Below are positions 30,441-40,125 of a stretch of DNA of 64,000 nucleotides, in pieces. The DNA lies in contig BTWA01000001.1 of NCBI GenBank assembly GCA_045863295.1, forward strand, positions 212,337 to 276,336, given 5' to 3'. A model generated the notes under the pieces. It was not told the origin of the DNA and did no database searches. It was given only the letters and a program-made list of their open reading frames with translations. The DNA is from Candidatus Hydrogenedentota bacterium. Lineage in GTDB: Bacteria > Hydrogenedentota > Hydrogenedentia > Hydrogenedentales > SLHB01. The stretch's first letter is position 1. The number at the start of each line of letters is the position of its first letter. A program made the translations under genes and the position numbers.

Positions 30441-32564
30441 ATGCCCTCACGGCCCTTCATTCGGATTCGATTCTTGAGTATGTCCCGGTTCTGCATCGCT
30501 TTCATTCCGTGCCTGTATGTGTTGGCGGCCCCTGCCTGGGGCGAAGCTGCCTTGCCGGGACAGGACGCCTATCTCAGCGCAAGCGATGCCCTGCGCCTTG
30601 CGCAATTTGGGGACGCCGCAAAACTGTTCGGGCAAACGGCGTCCGCCGGGGGGCCGCTTGCGCCTTATGCGCTGATTCGAATCGCCTACTGCCGCGACAA
30701 GGCGGGCGATTCGAAGGGCGCGGTATCCGCATACGAAGAATTGCTGCAAGGCTTTCCCGAAGGGCCCTGGGTATCGATGGCGAAGGCCTATCTCGCGGAG
30801 GCGATGCGCCATCAACAGCGCAATGCGGAAGCCGCCGCTCTGTTGCAAGGCCTGTTGGATGCGCCCGCCATTCCCCGTTGGCTGCGCGATTACCAATGGA
30901 TGTACGCCGAATGCCTGACCGCGACGCCGGGGCGCGAAGCCGAGGGGTATGCCCTTTTCTCGTCCATTATGGACGGCGTGAAGCTGCGGGCCGACCGGCA
31001 GCGGGCCGCGGAATGGCTTGCGCGTTCGGTGAACGTCGATCATCGATTGCAGGCCATCGACGGATTCCTTCGCTTGAGCGACTACCCGACTGCGCGTCTC
31101 CTGTTGGGCGCCATGGCGCTGGAGGCCGGCGGGTTTGACGCGGACACCGCTGCCCGATATACGCTGATGCAAGGCCGGTTGCTTGCCGTAAGCAAAGAAG
31201 CGGAGGAAGGCCGCACCCTCCTTGCCCGAGTAGTCACTGACCGGCCGGGCAGTGCCACGGCCGCCACGGCACTCGGCTACCTTGCGCGCAACTACATTCA
31301 TGCCAAGCAAGTCGAACAGGCCGTTCCGTTGGTGGAACGGATGATGGCCGAGTTTCCCGGCGTGCTGGACACCGGAGATACGTTGTGGGCGCTGGGCCGG
31401 TACTATGCGGACAACCAGCAGGCAGCCGCGGCCGCCGAGGTGTTCGCGAAGCTTGCGGAGTCCTGCACCGATCATGCGAATGCCGATGATGCGCTCATCG
31501 AAGCCGGCATGATTCTCCATGAACAGGGCAAAAACGAACAGGCCCTCAAGGCGTTCGGCGAACTGGCGCACCGGTATCCCCTGAGCACCTACCTTGCGGA
31601 AGCCGGGTACCGCATGGGCCACATCTACGAAGATCTCAAACAACCCGAGCGCGCCAAGGCCGCGTACAACGAGGCCGTGAACGGGCACCTCAGCGACTTC
31701 TTCGCGCATCGGGCCATGGCGCGCCTGCATGCGATGGGTCAGTCCAACGGGGACCTTCCCGCGGGCATCGTGGCCAACGGCCTTGCCAACTACATGCATC
31801 CCATTCCCGTGCGCGACGCGCATCGTCCCGGCATCGGGAGTCCCGCCGAGGTGACCCTCGATGCGGCCAGCGAGTGGCTTCGCCGCCTTGCTTTCTTCGC
31901 GCTTCACGGCCTCGAGGAGGCCGAATGGGAAGGCTGGCACGCCGTTCAAGCGGCCACCGGAACGCCACTGGAAGGGCCGGTGTATCGAGCGCTATCCGAA
32001 GCCGGGCTGATGGCGATGGCCTCGCAGATCGTCGAGGCCCGGAACTGGGGCATGGCGGAAACCGGTCCCACTGTCGAGCGTCTGCGCGTGCTGTATCCAC
32101 GGGCCTACTGGCCCGTGGCTGAGGCCCAGGCCCGCGAGGCGGGCGTTGATCCCTATTTGCTGATGGCCATCGCGCGGCAGGAGAGCCTGTTTCAGGCGCG
32201 CATCGCGTCCCATGCGGGCGCGACGGGCGTGATGCAGATCATGCCGGGCACGGCGCAGTGGATGGCCAAGGTGGAGCCGTCTGTATCTCCTGACCATGTT
32301 GCGAATCTTGAGAATCCCGTCAATTCCATCCGTCTTGGCGCGTTTTACATCACGCGGATGATTGCGCGATCGGACGGCAACCTTGTGTATGCGCTGGCGT
32401 CGTACAACGCGGGGCCGGGCAATCTTTCCAAATGGCGCCGGCAATTCGATACGGCCGACATGGACGATTTCATCGAGCGCATTCCGTACACCGAAACCAA
32501 GAAATACGTGAAGCGGGTCCTCGGCAATTACGCTGCCTATTACTCCCTGTACGAAACGAAGTAA
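30441..32564 (+). CDS. Soluble lytic transglycosylase (Slt70-like) with TPRs; start may be 30480
   Basis: RQESLF, GVMQIMP, SYNAGPG, ETKKYVKRV; helical repeats in the N-terminal part. Confidence 0.9.
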   Translation: MPSRPFIRIRFLSMSRFCIAFIPCLYVLAAPAWGEAALPGQDAYLSASDALRLAQFGDAAKLFGQTASAGGPLAPYALIRIAYCRDKAGDSKGAVSAYEELLQGFPEGPWVSMAKAYLAEAMRHQQRNAEAAALLQGLLDAPAIPRWLRDYQWMYAECLTATPGREAEGYALFSSIMDGVKLRADRQRAAEWLARSVNVDHRLQAIDGFLRLSDYPTARLLLGAMALEAGGFDADTAARYTLMQGRLLAVSKEAEEGRTLLARVVTDRPGSATAATALGYLARNYIHAKQVEQAVPLVERMMAEFPGVLDTGDTLWALGRYYADNQQAAAAAEVFAKLAESCTDHANADDALIEAGMILHEQGKNEQALKAFGELAHRYPLSTYLAEAGYRMGHIYEDLKQPERAKAAYNEAVNGHLSDFFAHRAMARLHAMGQSNGDLPAGIVANGLANYMHPIPVRDAHRPGIGSPAEVTLDAASEWLRRLAFFALHGLEEAEWEGWHAVQAATGTPLEGPVYRALSEAGLMAMASQIVEARNWGMAETGPTVERLRVLYPRAYWPVAEAQAREAGVDPYLLMAIARQESLFQARIASHAGATGVMQIMPGTAQWMAKVEPSVSPDHVANLENPVNSIRLGAFYITRMIARSDGNLVYALASYNAGPGNLSKWRRQFDTADMDDFIERIPYTETKKYVKRVLGNYAAYYSLYETK

Positions 32565-32910
32565 TCCCGATCCCTGCAACCCTTTTCCTCGGGTTTGATG
32601 CAGGTCTCCACTCTATTGGTGCTTCTTGTTGCATTTGCTTAGCAGCCTGTCGTCCTCTTAAAGTCCGACAATCTGCTAGCGGATTGAAACAAGGGGTATT
32701 TATGGTTTTGGTGGGTTTGCGGAATTTCTGTTCTTGTTTTGAGCAGAATGCGCGAAATTTTGCCGGGATTTTGAATTGAGCCTTGGGAGATGCGCGTGTC
32801 TGTTGTGGGCGGAAAAGGGTGGACATGGCGCGTAGCCAGCGTCTATCTTTTCGGGCACGGTTCATCCGGGCCGTCACCGCAACCGACAGCGTACAGGTAA
32901 GGGGAATGCG

Positions 32911-34167
32911 ATGACCTCAGGATCCACCACGGCGGACGCCGTTAAGACCAGCCACTACACCGTTTTGCTCGCGGCATTTCTGGGCTGGATGTTCGATGGC
33001 TTCGAGATGGGGCTGTTTCCGCTTGTGGCGGGGCCGGCGTTGCGCAGCATGTACGAAGGCGACGGCAACGTGAACGCGTTCGTGGGCGAGTGGATGGGGT
33101 ATATCACCGCGCTATTCTTGCTGGGCGCGGCGCTGGGTGGCTGGGTATTTGGGTGGCTGGGCGACAAGATTGGCCGCGTTCGCGCGTTGTCCTTGAGCAT
33201 ACTCGTGTATGCCCTTTGCACCGGTTTGGGGTATTTCGCAACGGAACCCTGGCATTTGGGCCTGTTCCGGGTGATTGCGGCGCTGGGCATGGGGGGCGAA
33301 TGGTCGCTGGGGGTGGCGTTGGTGATGGAATGCTGGCCGGAGCGATTCCGTCCCTACATGGCGGGCATCATTGGCGCGGCCGCGAATTTCGGGTTTTTGC
33401 TGATTGGGGTCATCGCGTTGAACAACCCGGTGACGGTGGATTCGTGGCGCTGGATGTGGCTGGTGGGGGTATCGCCGGCCATTCTGGTGTTTTTCATCCG
33501 GTTGTTCGTTCCGGAATCCGAGCGCTGGCAGGAATCCGTGGGTACCGGGCATACCACGCCGTTGCGCGAGGTGTTTGCCCGCAGTCGGATTTCCAGCACC
33601 CTGGTGGGGATCGCCCTGACTTCTGTGGCGTTGATTGGCACGTGGGGATCGGTGCAGTGGATACCGGTTTGGGTGGACAAGATGGTTGGCGCCGAATACC
33701 CGCAAGCCAAGGCGGTGATTGGGATTCTGTCCGCCGCCGGGGCCATTGTGGGGTGTCTGGGCGGGTCGATTTTGTGGCGGAACACAGGCCGCCGAATCTC
33801 GTATTTCATTTTGTGCGTGCTTTCGTTGGGGGTTTGTGGCTACTTGTACACGGCGGGCCTTGACTATGGGCTCCAATTTCAAGTGGTGGTTTTCTTTGCC
33901 GGGCTTACCACGGCGGCGTTTTACGGCTGGTTTCCCCTGTTTCTGCCGGAGATCTTTCCCACGCGGATGCGGGCGACCGGGCAGGGGATTTGTTTTAACA
34001 CGGGCCGGGTGTTCGCGGCGATTGGTTCGGTGACCGGCGGTCAGTTGGTGGCGTTTTTCGATGGCGACTATGCGCGGACGGGTGCGGTGATTACGTTGGT
34101 GTATGTTTTGGGGATGATGGTGATCTGGTTGGCACCGGAGACCCGTGGGAAGCCGTTGCCGGAGTGA
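32911..34167 (+). CDS. MFS transporter (sialate/metabolite:H+ symporter-like)
   Basis: GWMFDG, GDKIGRV, GMGGEW, PEIFPTRMRATG, PETRGKPL. Confidence 0.92.
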   Translation: MTSGSTTADAVKTSHYTVLLAAFLGWMFDGFEMGLFPLVAGPALRSMYEGDGNVNAFVGEWMGYITALFLLGAALGGWVFGWLGDKIGRVRALSLSILVYALCTGLGYFATEPWHLGLFRVIAALGMGGEWSLGVALVMECWPERFRPYMAGIIGAAANFGFLLIGVIALNNPVTVDSWRWMWLVGVSPAILVFFIRLFVPESERWQESVGTGHTTPLREVFARSRISSTLVGIALTSVALIGTWGSVQWIPVWVDKMVGAEYPQAKAVIGILSAAGAIVGCLGGSILWRNTGRRISYFILCVLSLGVCGYLYTAGLDYGLQFQVVVFFAGLTTAAFYGWFPLFLPEIFPTRMRATGQGICFNTGRVFAAIGSVTGGQLVAFFDGDYARTGAVITLVYVLGMMVIWLAPETRGKPLPE

Positions 34168-34397
34168 AGTGTTTGGCCGATTCTGCCGAAAGATGTATTG
34201 AGCGCGTTTTTGTGTGTGTAGAAACCGTACACCCGAATGAAATCTGGACACCTTTTTGGGTCTGCGTGTTGGGTTCGTGGACAGGAATTCGGGGAAAACT
34301 TTATTCTTGACAAAAGCTAACAAATTCGCCAGGACACGCTAACGGTGCGAAATGCTTAACCGTTTGACGCAATTGGAATTGCGCCACGCGCGGTTTG

Positions 34398-34426
34398 TTG
34401 ACAGTCTGTCCGATATATGCTATAAC
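34398..34426 (+). promoter_or_regulatory. Strong sigma70-type promoter
   Basis: TTGACA-17 bp-TATAAC with TGn extended -10. Confidence 0.7.
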
Positions 34427-34612
34427 CGAAGTGACATAATCGGGACATTCGTGTATTGTTGGGCGAGGCATGGCGCGTCCGATTGAACAAGCGGGAGTGC
34501 CAGCACGTTACAACGAAGCAGATGCGAATGGCGCATGGAAATCGCCGGAAATCGGGGCTCCGGACAATCATGTAGTGGGGTGGCCTTGGGTCTCAAGCGA
34601 GATGAAAGTGGA

Positions 34613-34657
34613 GCGCGCCGGCGGACGGTCAACGGCCGTCCGGGCGCGCCCTTTTTG
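34613..34657 (+). terminator. Terminator-like hairpin in the 5' leader of the giant surface protein
   Basis: GCGCGCC..CGGACGGTC/GGCCGTCCG GGCGCGC stem then CCTTTTTG, immediately before the GGAGGA RBS. Confidence 0.55.
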
Positions 34658-34672
34658 TCGGAGGAACCGAAC

Positions 34673-37600
34673 GTGAAGCGAGTAGTGTTGTCCCGTATAT
34701 GCGGCGTGGCCGTTGGCGTCATCGCGTTGGCGCTATTCTCGGTTCCCGCCTTCTCCCAAGCGGCGCCTCCATCGGCCACCTTCGATGCCGAAGATCTGGT
34801 TCCTGATGCGTCAGGACTTCTACCAGGCAATGACTGGGCGCAACTCTTCCGTTTTACGATGTCGACTGAAGACGGCGCTGTCCGGACGCTTGACACGTTG
34901 CAATTCGAGATTCAAGCGGATCCGAAGTTGGGCGATCGTTCGTACAACGTTTTGAGCAACGTGGCACGTCCGCAAGACATCCTTCAGATTGCCATTTTCC
35001 AAGAGGGCCGAGATAGCAGCGGAGAATACAGCGGCGTTCTTGACAATCCCGATTTTCTTGTAAAGGGCGAACCCGGTGGTCCGCTGCAGAATACGTTTCT
35101 TGTATTCAATGTGGATTGCACGCTTGTTTCGCCATTTACCCCGTATGGGACCACGGGAGGCAGCATCGGTAACCGGTCGGGCATGACCTTTGATCTGACC
35201 GGACTTGATTCGTTCAACATCCATCCGGGAGCCGACGATGGAAACTCCTATATCGTAGCTTTCCGCACGTCGTCGTCATGGCTCAACGCGCAGACCTTGT
35301 CATTCGAATTGTTGTTCGCGCAGATGGCTCCGTTTCAATTGACCGGCACACCGCCCGACCTGCAACCGATCGACAGCTACACCCCGGATTTTTATGGCGA
35401 TACGCGTGAAACCCTCGATTCCGAGAACGCGTATTGCACGAGCTATGGCGTGTGGGACGTGCAACCGAGTATTGGGTCAGATCAGACCGGGGCCATTTTC
35501 GGCAGTTCCTGGACGTGGCCGAACACACTGTATACGCCGATGGCCGAGTACCGGCGGAACCGGTTCGACAAACCGGGCAATCTGGTGAACTTTGTAACCG
35601 GCGAGTGGCTGGAACTTCGTCAGTTGTTGCCGATTGAACAGATCTCTCCCTTGCTGGGCATCGATATGCACGGTATCCCAACGCCGTTTATTGGCAGCAG
35701 CGGGACGGTACTGGGAGTCGCTGCTCCGGCGCTTATGCAGGTGAACATGGTGTTGACGGACATTGGGGGTTCGAAAACCAATCCCAATGCCATTCCCGGT
35801 GACGGCGGATTTAACCCTCAGACCGGATTGGAGCACTTGACGGACGACGCCGTTGCGTCGGGCGCGGGTGTGATCGTGGAGGATGCGTACCTCGACGACT
35901 TCGCGTTTAACGGCTTGTGGGTGTATCACGATACCAACAACGATTTCATTTTCAACGAGCCTGAAGAACGCGAAGGCGGCGGTATTACGTTTACGGGCGA
36001 CTACCCGATGTTTCCGGGGCGGAATTATGCGCCGTCGGATTGGCAGCACATCCGCAATCCGGCATGGGGCGGCGATCCCGCATGGACGATTTCTTTGGAT
36101 TTCGAAATATTCGGGCGTCGTCGCACGCTCCCGGATGAAGAACCGACGGGTTTACTTGAACCTACACCGGACGGTGATGCGGCAGCCTATCCAACTATTA
36201 TGAATTCAGACTATTACGTTACCGTGCGTCCGGACAGCGGTTTCGCGGATGCAACCACGCTTCCCGGCGATGGCACGGGCATCACACTGGGTGCGGACTT
36301 TCGTGCGTTTATCCAGCCCCGTTTTCCGGCTGGCGCGGCGACGGGCGGCATTTATTCCCAGAACATGGTGCCGAATCCCGGCAATTGGCAGGCGGACCAG
36401 GTGTGGAACATTCCGAATTCGGGCGAGCCGTGGTGGCCGGAAAAGTTTCTAAACTGGTCCAACGTCAAGCCCACCCGCGTTGGCGGCGTCGATATTCATG
36501 ACTTGGTACTGACCTACGAAACGAACAGCATTTACCGCAACCCGTCGGATATGTTCTACGGGCAAAGCGAAATCTCCACAGGAATTGGCCTAATCACCAA
36601 CTTCAGCCGCTGGCTGGATCCCGCGAACATCATTAGTTCGCGATTCTTCAACGGTGACGAAGTCGGTGTCCAGGACTGGATTTTCTTTAACGCATTTGTG
36701 GACGACCACGTGCATGACGCGTTTCAGTTCCCGTACGAGACGGCGCCGTTCAGCCACCCGGACGATCCGCGGTCGACGTTCTATACGCCGCCCGCGCGTC
36801 CGACCGTGCCTTCCTTCGCGACGTGGCCGTTCAACGCGACGGGTTATTTTGCGAATATCGTCGATCGCGTGGAGCGGTATCCGCGCGAATTTGACTGGCC
36901 GGCGGCATCGCGTCAGGCGCGCACGCTGAAGCAGCACATCGACGCGAGTAGCCAACCGACGGCGATGCTGGGCTTCAACCTCGTGGGCGCGGACGACAGC
37001 ATTACCAACGCGTTTGCGCGTCAGCGTCTGGACCAGATCACGATTGCATTCTGGGGTCCTGATTTCACGCCGAGTGATCTCCTTGCTTTGAGTGCGAACG
37101 GCACTGGATCGACATCCGGCATCTCGCTGATTGAAGACACGACGGGTGACGGCGTGTTTGGATTTACGGGAGCGAACGGCATTGATCCCTTAACGGGCGA
37201 CCTACCGGTACCGCTCACGAATCTTGCGTGGCCCAGCGGTCCGGAGCCGGTCGATTTGAATGGCGACGGCACGGCCGACGACATGAACGGCGACGGCGTT
37301 GTGGATACGCTGGACAACGCGTGGGTGGTTCGGCTTCGTCTGGCGCAGCCGTGGGATCTTCCCGTGGTTGACTCGCCGCGCGTCGGCAATACCGGCCCGC
37401 TGGATGAAGAAGAAGACGACGGCGGCGACGGCGGAGATGGCGGCGATGGTGGTGACGGCGGCGACGACGAAGGCGATCGCCGGAGCGTGGGCGGAAAGTC
37501 GAACATCAACCAGCCGTTGTCGCATCTGGAATTCGAAGAGGCGGGCCAGTCCGTGCAACCGCTTGCTTCGGACAAAGTGGTGCACTTGGCAAGCGCGGAT

Positions 37601-39865
37601 GCGCCGGTAACACGGGCGATTGGTCCTCGCGGTAGCGCGGGCGACGATTTGTTCGTCATCGTGCGCGCGTCCGATCAGATGCGCCGGTTCGAGCAGTTCC
37701 GCGTGGTGGTGCCGGCATTTTTGCCGACCCGCGCGGGCAACGAGCGACTGGCCGGTTTTCAGATTACCCCGCAATTGCCCATCAGTCCGGGCATCTACGA
37801 GAAGTTCAATCCCGAAGAAGAGACGACGCTGGACTTTTTCGGCGGTCCTCCGTTTGGGTTTGACTTGATAGAAGCGAACGTGGCGTCCCGCATCACGGCC
37901 ACGGGCGGCGCGACTCAGAACATCACGCGCAACAGCGGCGACACGTCGGTGCTGGGCATTGATGTGAGCACGAACCGTCCTGCGAAGACGGGCCCGTATC
38001 CGGCGTACGACGGCGCGGTGACGTCCAGCTTCACGACGGGGTTGAACGGCGTGGGCGGCGCGGGCACGTTCGTGGTCGCTGGCGCGGCGTTTCCGGCGGG
38101 CGATTTCACCGACTTTTTCCTGATTGACGGCGCCTACCGTGGCTACCGCATTACGGGCAACACGGCGAATACGTTGTTCCTGGAGGCGGGGGTGCCGCAA
38201 GCGGGCGGTTGGTATATCGACAAAGATCCGACGTTCCTGGAACAGGTGATCGTCGAGTTGTACGACGAAGGGAACGACGGCGCGTTTAATTTGTTCGAAG
38301 ACCTGCTGCCGTTGGGCATTTCGCACGAGACGGCGGGCGTGAAGCTGTACCGCGACAACGATTTCAATCCCTCGAACATCAACGGCATTTTCGATCCCGG
38401 CGACTTGTTGGTACCTCTGGACTTCGCGCCATACCTGATTGGTCAGCCGGGCGAACCGGCGTATCAGGTGATGTTCGCGTTTTCTTCGCCGGGCACGAAC
38501 GGTGGTGCGGGCAGTTTCAACCGCCAGTACGTGCCGAACTCGTTCACGGGCGCGCGCGATTCGGGTGCGGATTTCTTCGTGACGGTATCGACCTCCGCGA
38601 ACATTGCGGAGGGGGACAATCTGCGCGCGGCGATTGCCTCGTGGGGACCGAATACACCGACGCTGCCGGACATCGGCGATTTCACGCCGCCGCCGGTGTC
38701 GCGTACGGGTGAATTCGATTTGTTTGACGAATTTCCGTGGGCCTCTCGCGGACTTGGGTTTATCTCGTACTTCAAGCAGTACAACGATGTGACTCCGGCT
38801 CGTCCATACTACTGGGACTACTACGACCAGTATCCGGAGCCGGATCGCAGCCAGACGGGCCTTACGTGGGTGCGTTCTCGCGCCGCGAAGACGGGCTTGT
38901 CCAGCATCCTGACGGTGGTTCCGAAGGCGACGGATCCGAGCGACCTGGTGATCACGTCGGTGTCTCCGACGATTTTGACCAAGACGATCGCGGCGGCCGG
39001 CCTGGTGCTTACGATTACGGGTAACAACTTCGGCACTTCGCCGACGGTGACGCTCAATGGCACTCCGCTGAACGTGCAGAGCGCGACGAACACGCTGATC
39101 ACCGCGCAGATTGCTGGCGGCACCGTGCTGCCATTGAATGTGGTGATCGAACTGCGGGTGACGAATCCGCTGACGTTGAAGACCGATACGTTTACCGGAT
39201 TTACCGTGGTGGATGCGAATCCGGATCAGGCTCCGACGATTACGTCGGTGAATCCGAGTTCGGGCACGTCGGCGGTGTTCCCGGTGACGGTGATAGGCAC
39301 GAACTTCGAAGATCCGCGCGTCATCTTCGGTCAGACCGTGATGCCGCGGGTGAGCTGGTCGCCCACGCAGATTGTGGTGTCGTTCCCGATCAACGGATTG
39401 CCGACGACGGGCGCGATGAACGTGACGGTGGTGAACACGCGCAACGGTGGCGATTTGCTGTCGGTGACGAAGGTCAACGCGTTCACGTACATCAATAACC
39501 CGAGCGGCGGCGGCGGCGGCGGCGGTTTCCTGGGCGGAGGCGGTTTACCGATCGGCGGTTGCTTTATCGCGACGGCCGCGTACGGTTCGCCTTTCGCCGC
39601 GCACCTGGACACGTTCCGTTCGTTCCGCGACGGTGTGCTGTTGAAGTCGGCCCCGGGCGCGGCGTTTGTGGATGCGTATTACCGGATGAGTCCTGCTCTG
39701 GCTGATGAAGTGGCGCAGCGGCCGTGGTTGGCGGTTGTGGTTCGCACGGTGTTGACGCCGGTGGCGTGGTCGCTGGAGCATCCGATGTTCGCGCTATGCG
39801 TGTTGTTGATGGGTCTCTTCGCTGTTCATCGCGTGCGCCGGTTTGCCCGGTCCACGAGCCGATAA
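34673..39865 (+). CDS. Giant exported surface protein (~1730 aa) with two IPT/TIG domains and a CFI-box-CTERM
   Basis: GTG after GGAGGA, signal peptide ending PAFS; ITSVSP..TITGNNFG and ITSVNP..TVIGTNF; Gly linker, GGCFIATAAYGS..FRD..L..FV..YY..SP, TM, basic tail. Confidence 0.9.
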   Translation: MKRVVLSRICGVAVGVIALALFSVPAFSQAAPPSATFDAEDLVPDASGLLPGNDWAQLFRFTMSTEDGAVRTLDTLQFEIQADPKLGDRSYNVLSNVARPQDILQIAIFQEGRDSSGEYSGVLDNPDFLVKGEPGGPLQNTFLVFNVDCTLVSPFTPYGTTGGSIGNRSGMTFDLTGLDSFNIHPGADDGNSYIVAFRTSSSWLNAQTLSFELLFAQMAPFQLTGTPPDLQPIDSYTPDFYGDTRETLDSENAYCTSYGVWDVQPSIGSDQTGAIFGSSWTWPNTLYTPMAEYRRNRFDKPGNLVNFVTGEWLELRQLLPIEQISPLLGIDMHGIPTPFIGSSGTVLGVAAPALMQVNMVLTDIGGSKTNPNAIPGDGGFNPQTGLEHLTDDAVASGAGVIVEDAYLDDFAFNGLWVYHDTNNDFIFNEPEEREGGGITFTGDYPMFPGRNYAPSDWQHIRNPAWGGDPAWTISLDFEIFGRRRTLPDEEPTGLLEPTPDGDAAAYPTIMNSDYYVTVRPDSGFADATTLPGDGTGITLGADFRAFIQPRFPAGAATGGIYSQNMVPNPGNWQADQVWNIPNSGEPWWPEKFLNWSNVKPTRVGGVDIHDLVLTYETNSIYRNPSDMFYGQSEISTGIGLITNFSRWLDPANIISSRFFNGDEVGVQDWIFFNAFVDDHVHDAFQFPYETAPFSHPDDPRSTFYTPPARPTVPSFATWPFNATGYFANIVDRVERYPREFDWPAASRQARTLKQHIDASSQPTAMLGFNLVGADDSITNAFARQRLDQITIAFWGPDFTPSDLLALSANGTGSTSGISLIEDTTGDGVFGFTGANGIDPLTGDLPVPLTNLAWPSGPEPVDLNGDGTADDMNGDGVVDTLDNAWVVRLRLAQPWDLPVVDSPRVGNTGPLDEEEDDGGDGGDGGDGGDGGDDEGDRRSVGGKSNINQPLSHLEFEEAGQSVQPLASDKVVHLASADAPVTRAIGPRGSAGDDLFVIVRASDQMRRFEQFRVVVPAFLPTRAGNERLAGFQITPQLPISPGIYEKFNPEEETTLDFFGGPPFGFDLIEANVASRITATGGATQNITRNSGDTSVLGIDVSTNRPAKTGPYPAYDGAVTSSFTTGLNGVGGAGTFVVAGAAFPAGDFTDFFLIDGAYRGYRITGNTANTLFLEAGVPQAGGWYIDKDPTFLEQVIVELYDEGNDGAFNLFEDLLPLGISHETAGVKLYRDNDFNPSNINGIFDPGDLLVPLDFAPYLIGQPGEPAYQVMFAFSSPGTNGGAGSFNRQYVPNSFTGARDSGADFFVTVSTSANIAEGDNLRAAIASWGPNTPTLPDIGDFTPPPVSRTGEFDLFDEFPWASRGLGFISYFKQYNDVTPARPYYWDYYDQYPEPDRSQTGLTWVRSRAAKTGLSSILTVVPKATDPSDLVITSVSPTILTKTIAAAGLVLTITGNNFGTSPTVTLNGTPLNVQSATNTLITAQIAGGTVLPLNVVIELRVTNPLTLKTDTFTGFTVVDANPDQAPTITSVNPSSGTSAVFPVTVIGTNFEDPRVIFGQTVMPRVSWSPTQIVVSFPINGLPTTGAMNVTVVNTRNGGDLLSVTKVNAFTYINNPSGGGGGGGFLGGGGLPIGGCFIATAAYGSPFAAHLDTFRSFRDGVLLKSAPGAAFVDAYYRMSPALADEVAQRPWLAVVVRTVLTPVAWSLEHPMFALCVLLMGLFAVHRVRRFARSTSR
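37406..37476 (+). repeat. 9-bp tandem repeat encoding (DGG)n within an acidic linker
   Basis: EEEDDGGDGGDGGDGGDGGDDEGD. Confidence 0.8.
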
Positions 39866-39876
39866 CGAGGATTTCG

Positions 39877-39904
39877 CCGCCCCCGGAGGTGACTCCGGGG
39901 GCGG
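39877..39904 (+). other. Strong GNRA-loop hairpin between the two surface-protein genes, no U-tract
   Basis: CCGCCCCCGGAG-GTGA-CTCCGGGGGCGG, perfect 12-bp stem. Confidence 0.7.
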
Positions 39905-40125
39905 ATGCTTGCATGCACGCGGCGCAGAGGACTTCGCGAAAGTCCAGCCGCAGAAACGTCTTGCGCCTGTGCGCGGCGATTCGGTAGGCTTGAGGCCGTA
40001 TTGGGTGGTATTTGCCCGGCGCTGACACGGATGGGGCAGCCACCGGTAGAGTTCGACGCGGATGTAGTGCCCCCTCGGGGACCGATGGGGGCGGGGTGTT
40101 CCGGGATGAACGAGGAGCAATTCCC

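Noticed and set aside
32678..32690. GCGGATTGAAAC resembles a CRISPR repeat 3' end
   Set aside because: Single occurrence, no spacer periodicity, no cas genes
34560..34620. Possible c-di-GMP-II riboswitch in the leader
   Set aside because: Only vague resemblance; conserved kink-turn and pseudoknot elements could not be placed
34535..34672. Upstream ORF-track starts for the giant protein (similarly accD, gspE, gspK, PIG-L)
   Set aside because: Downstream starts have an RBS and give proper signal peptides or family N-termini
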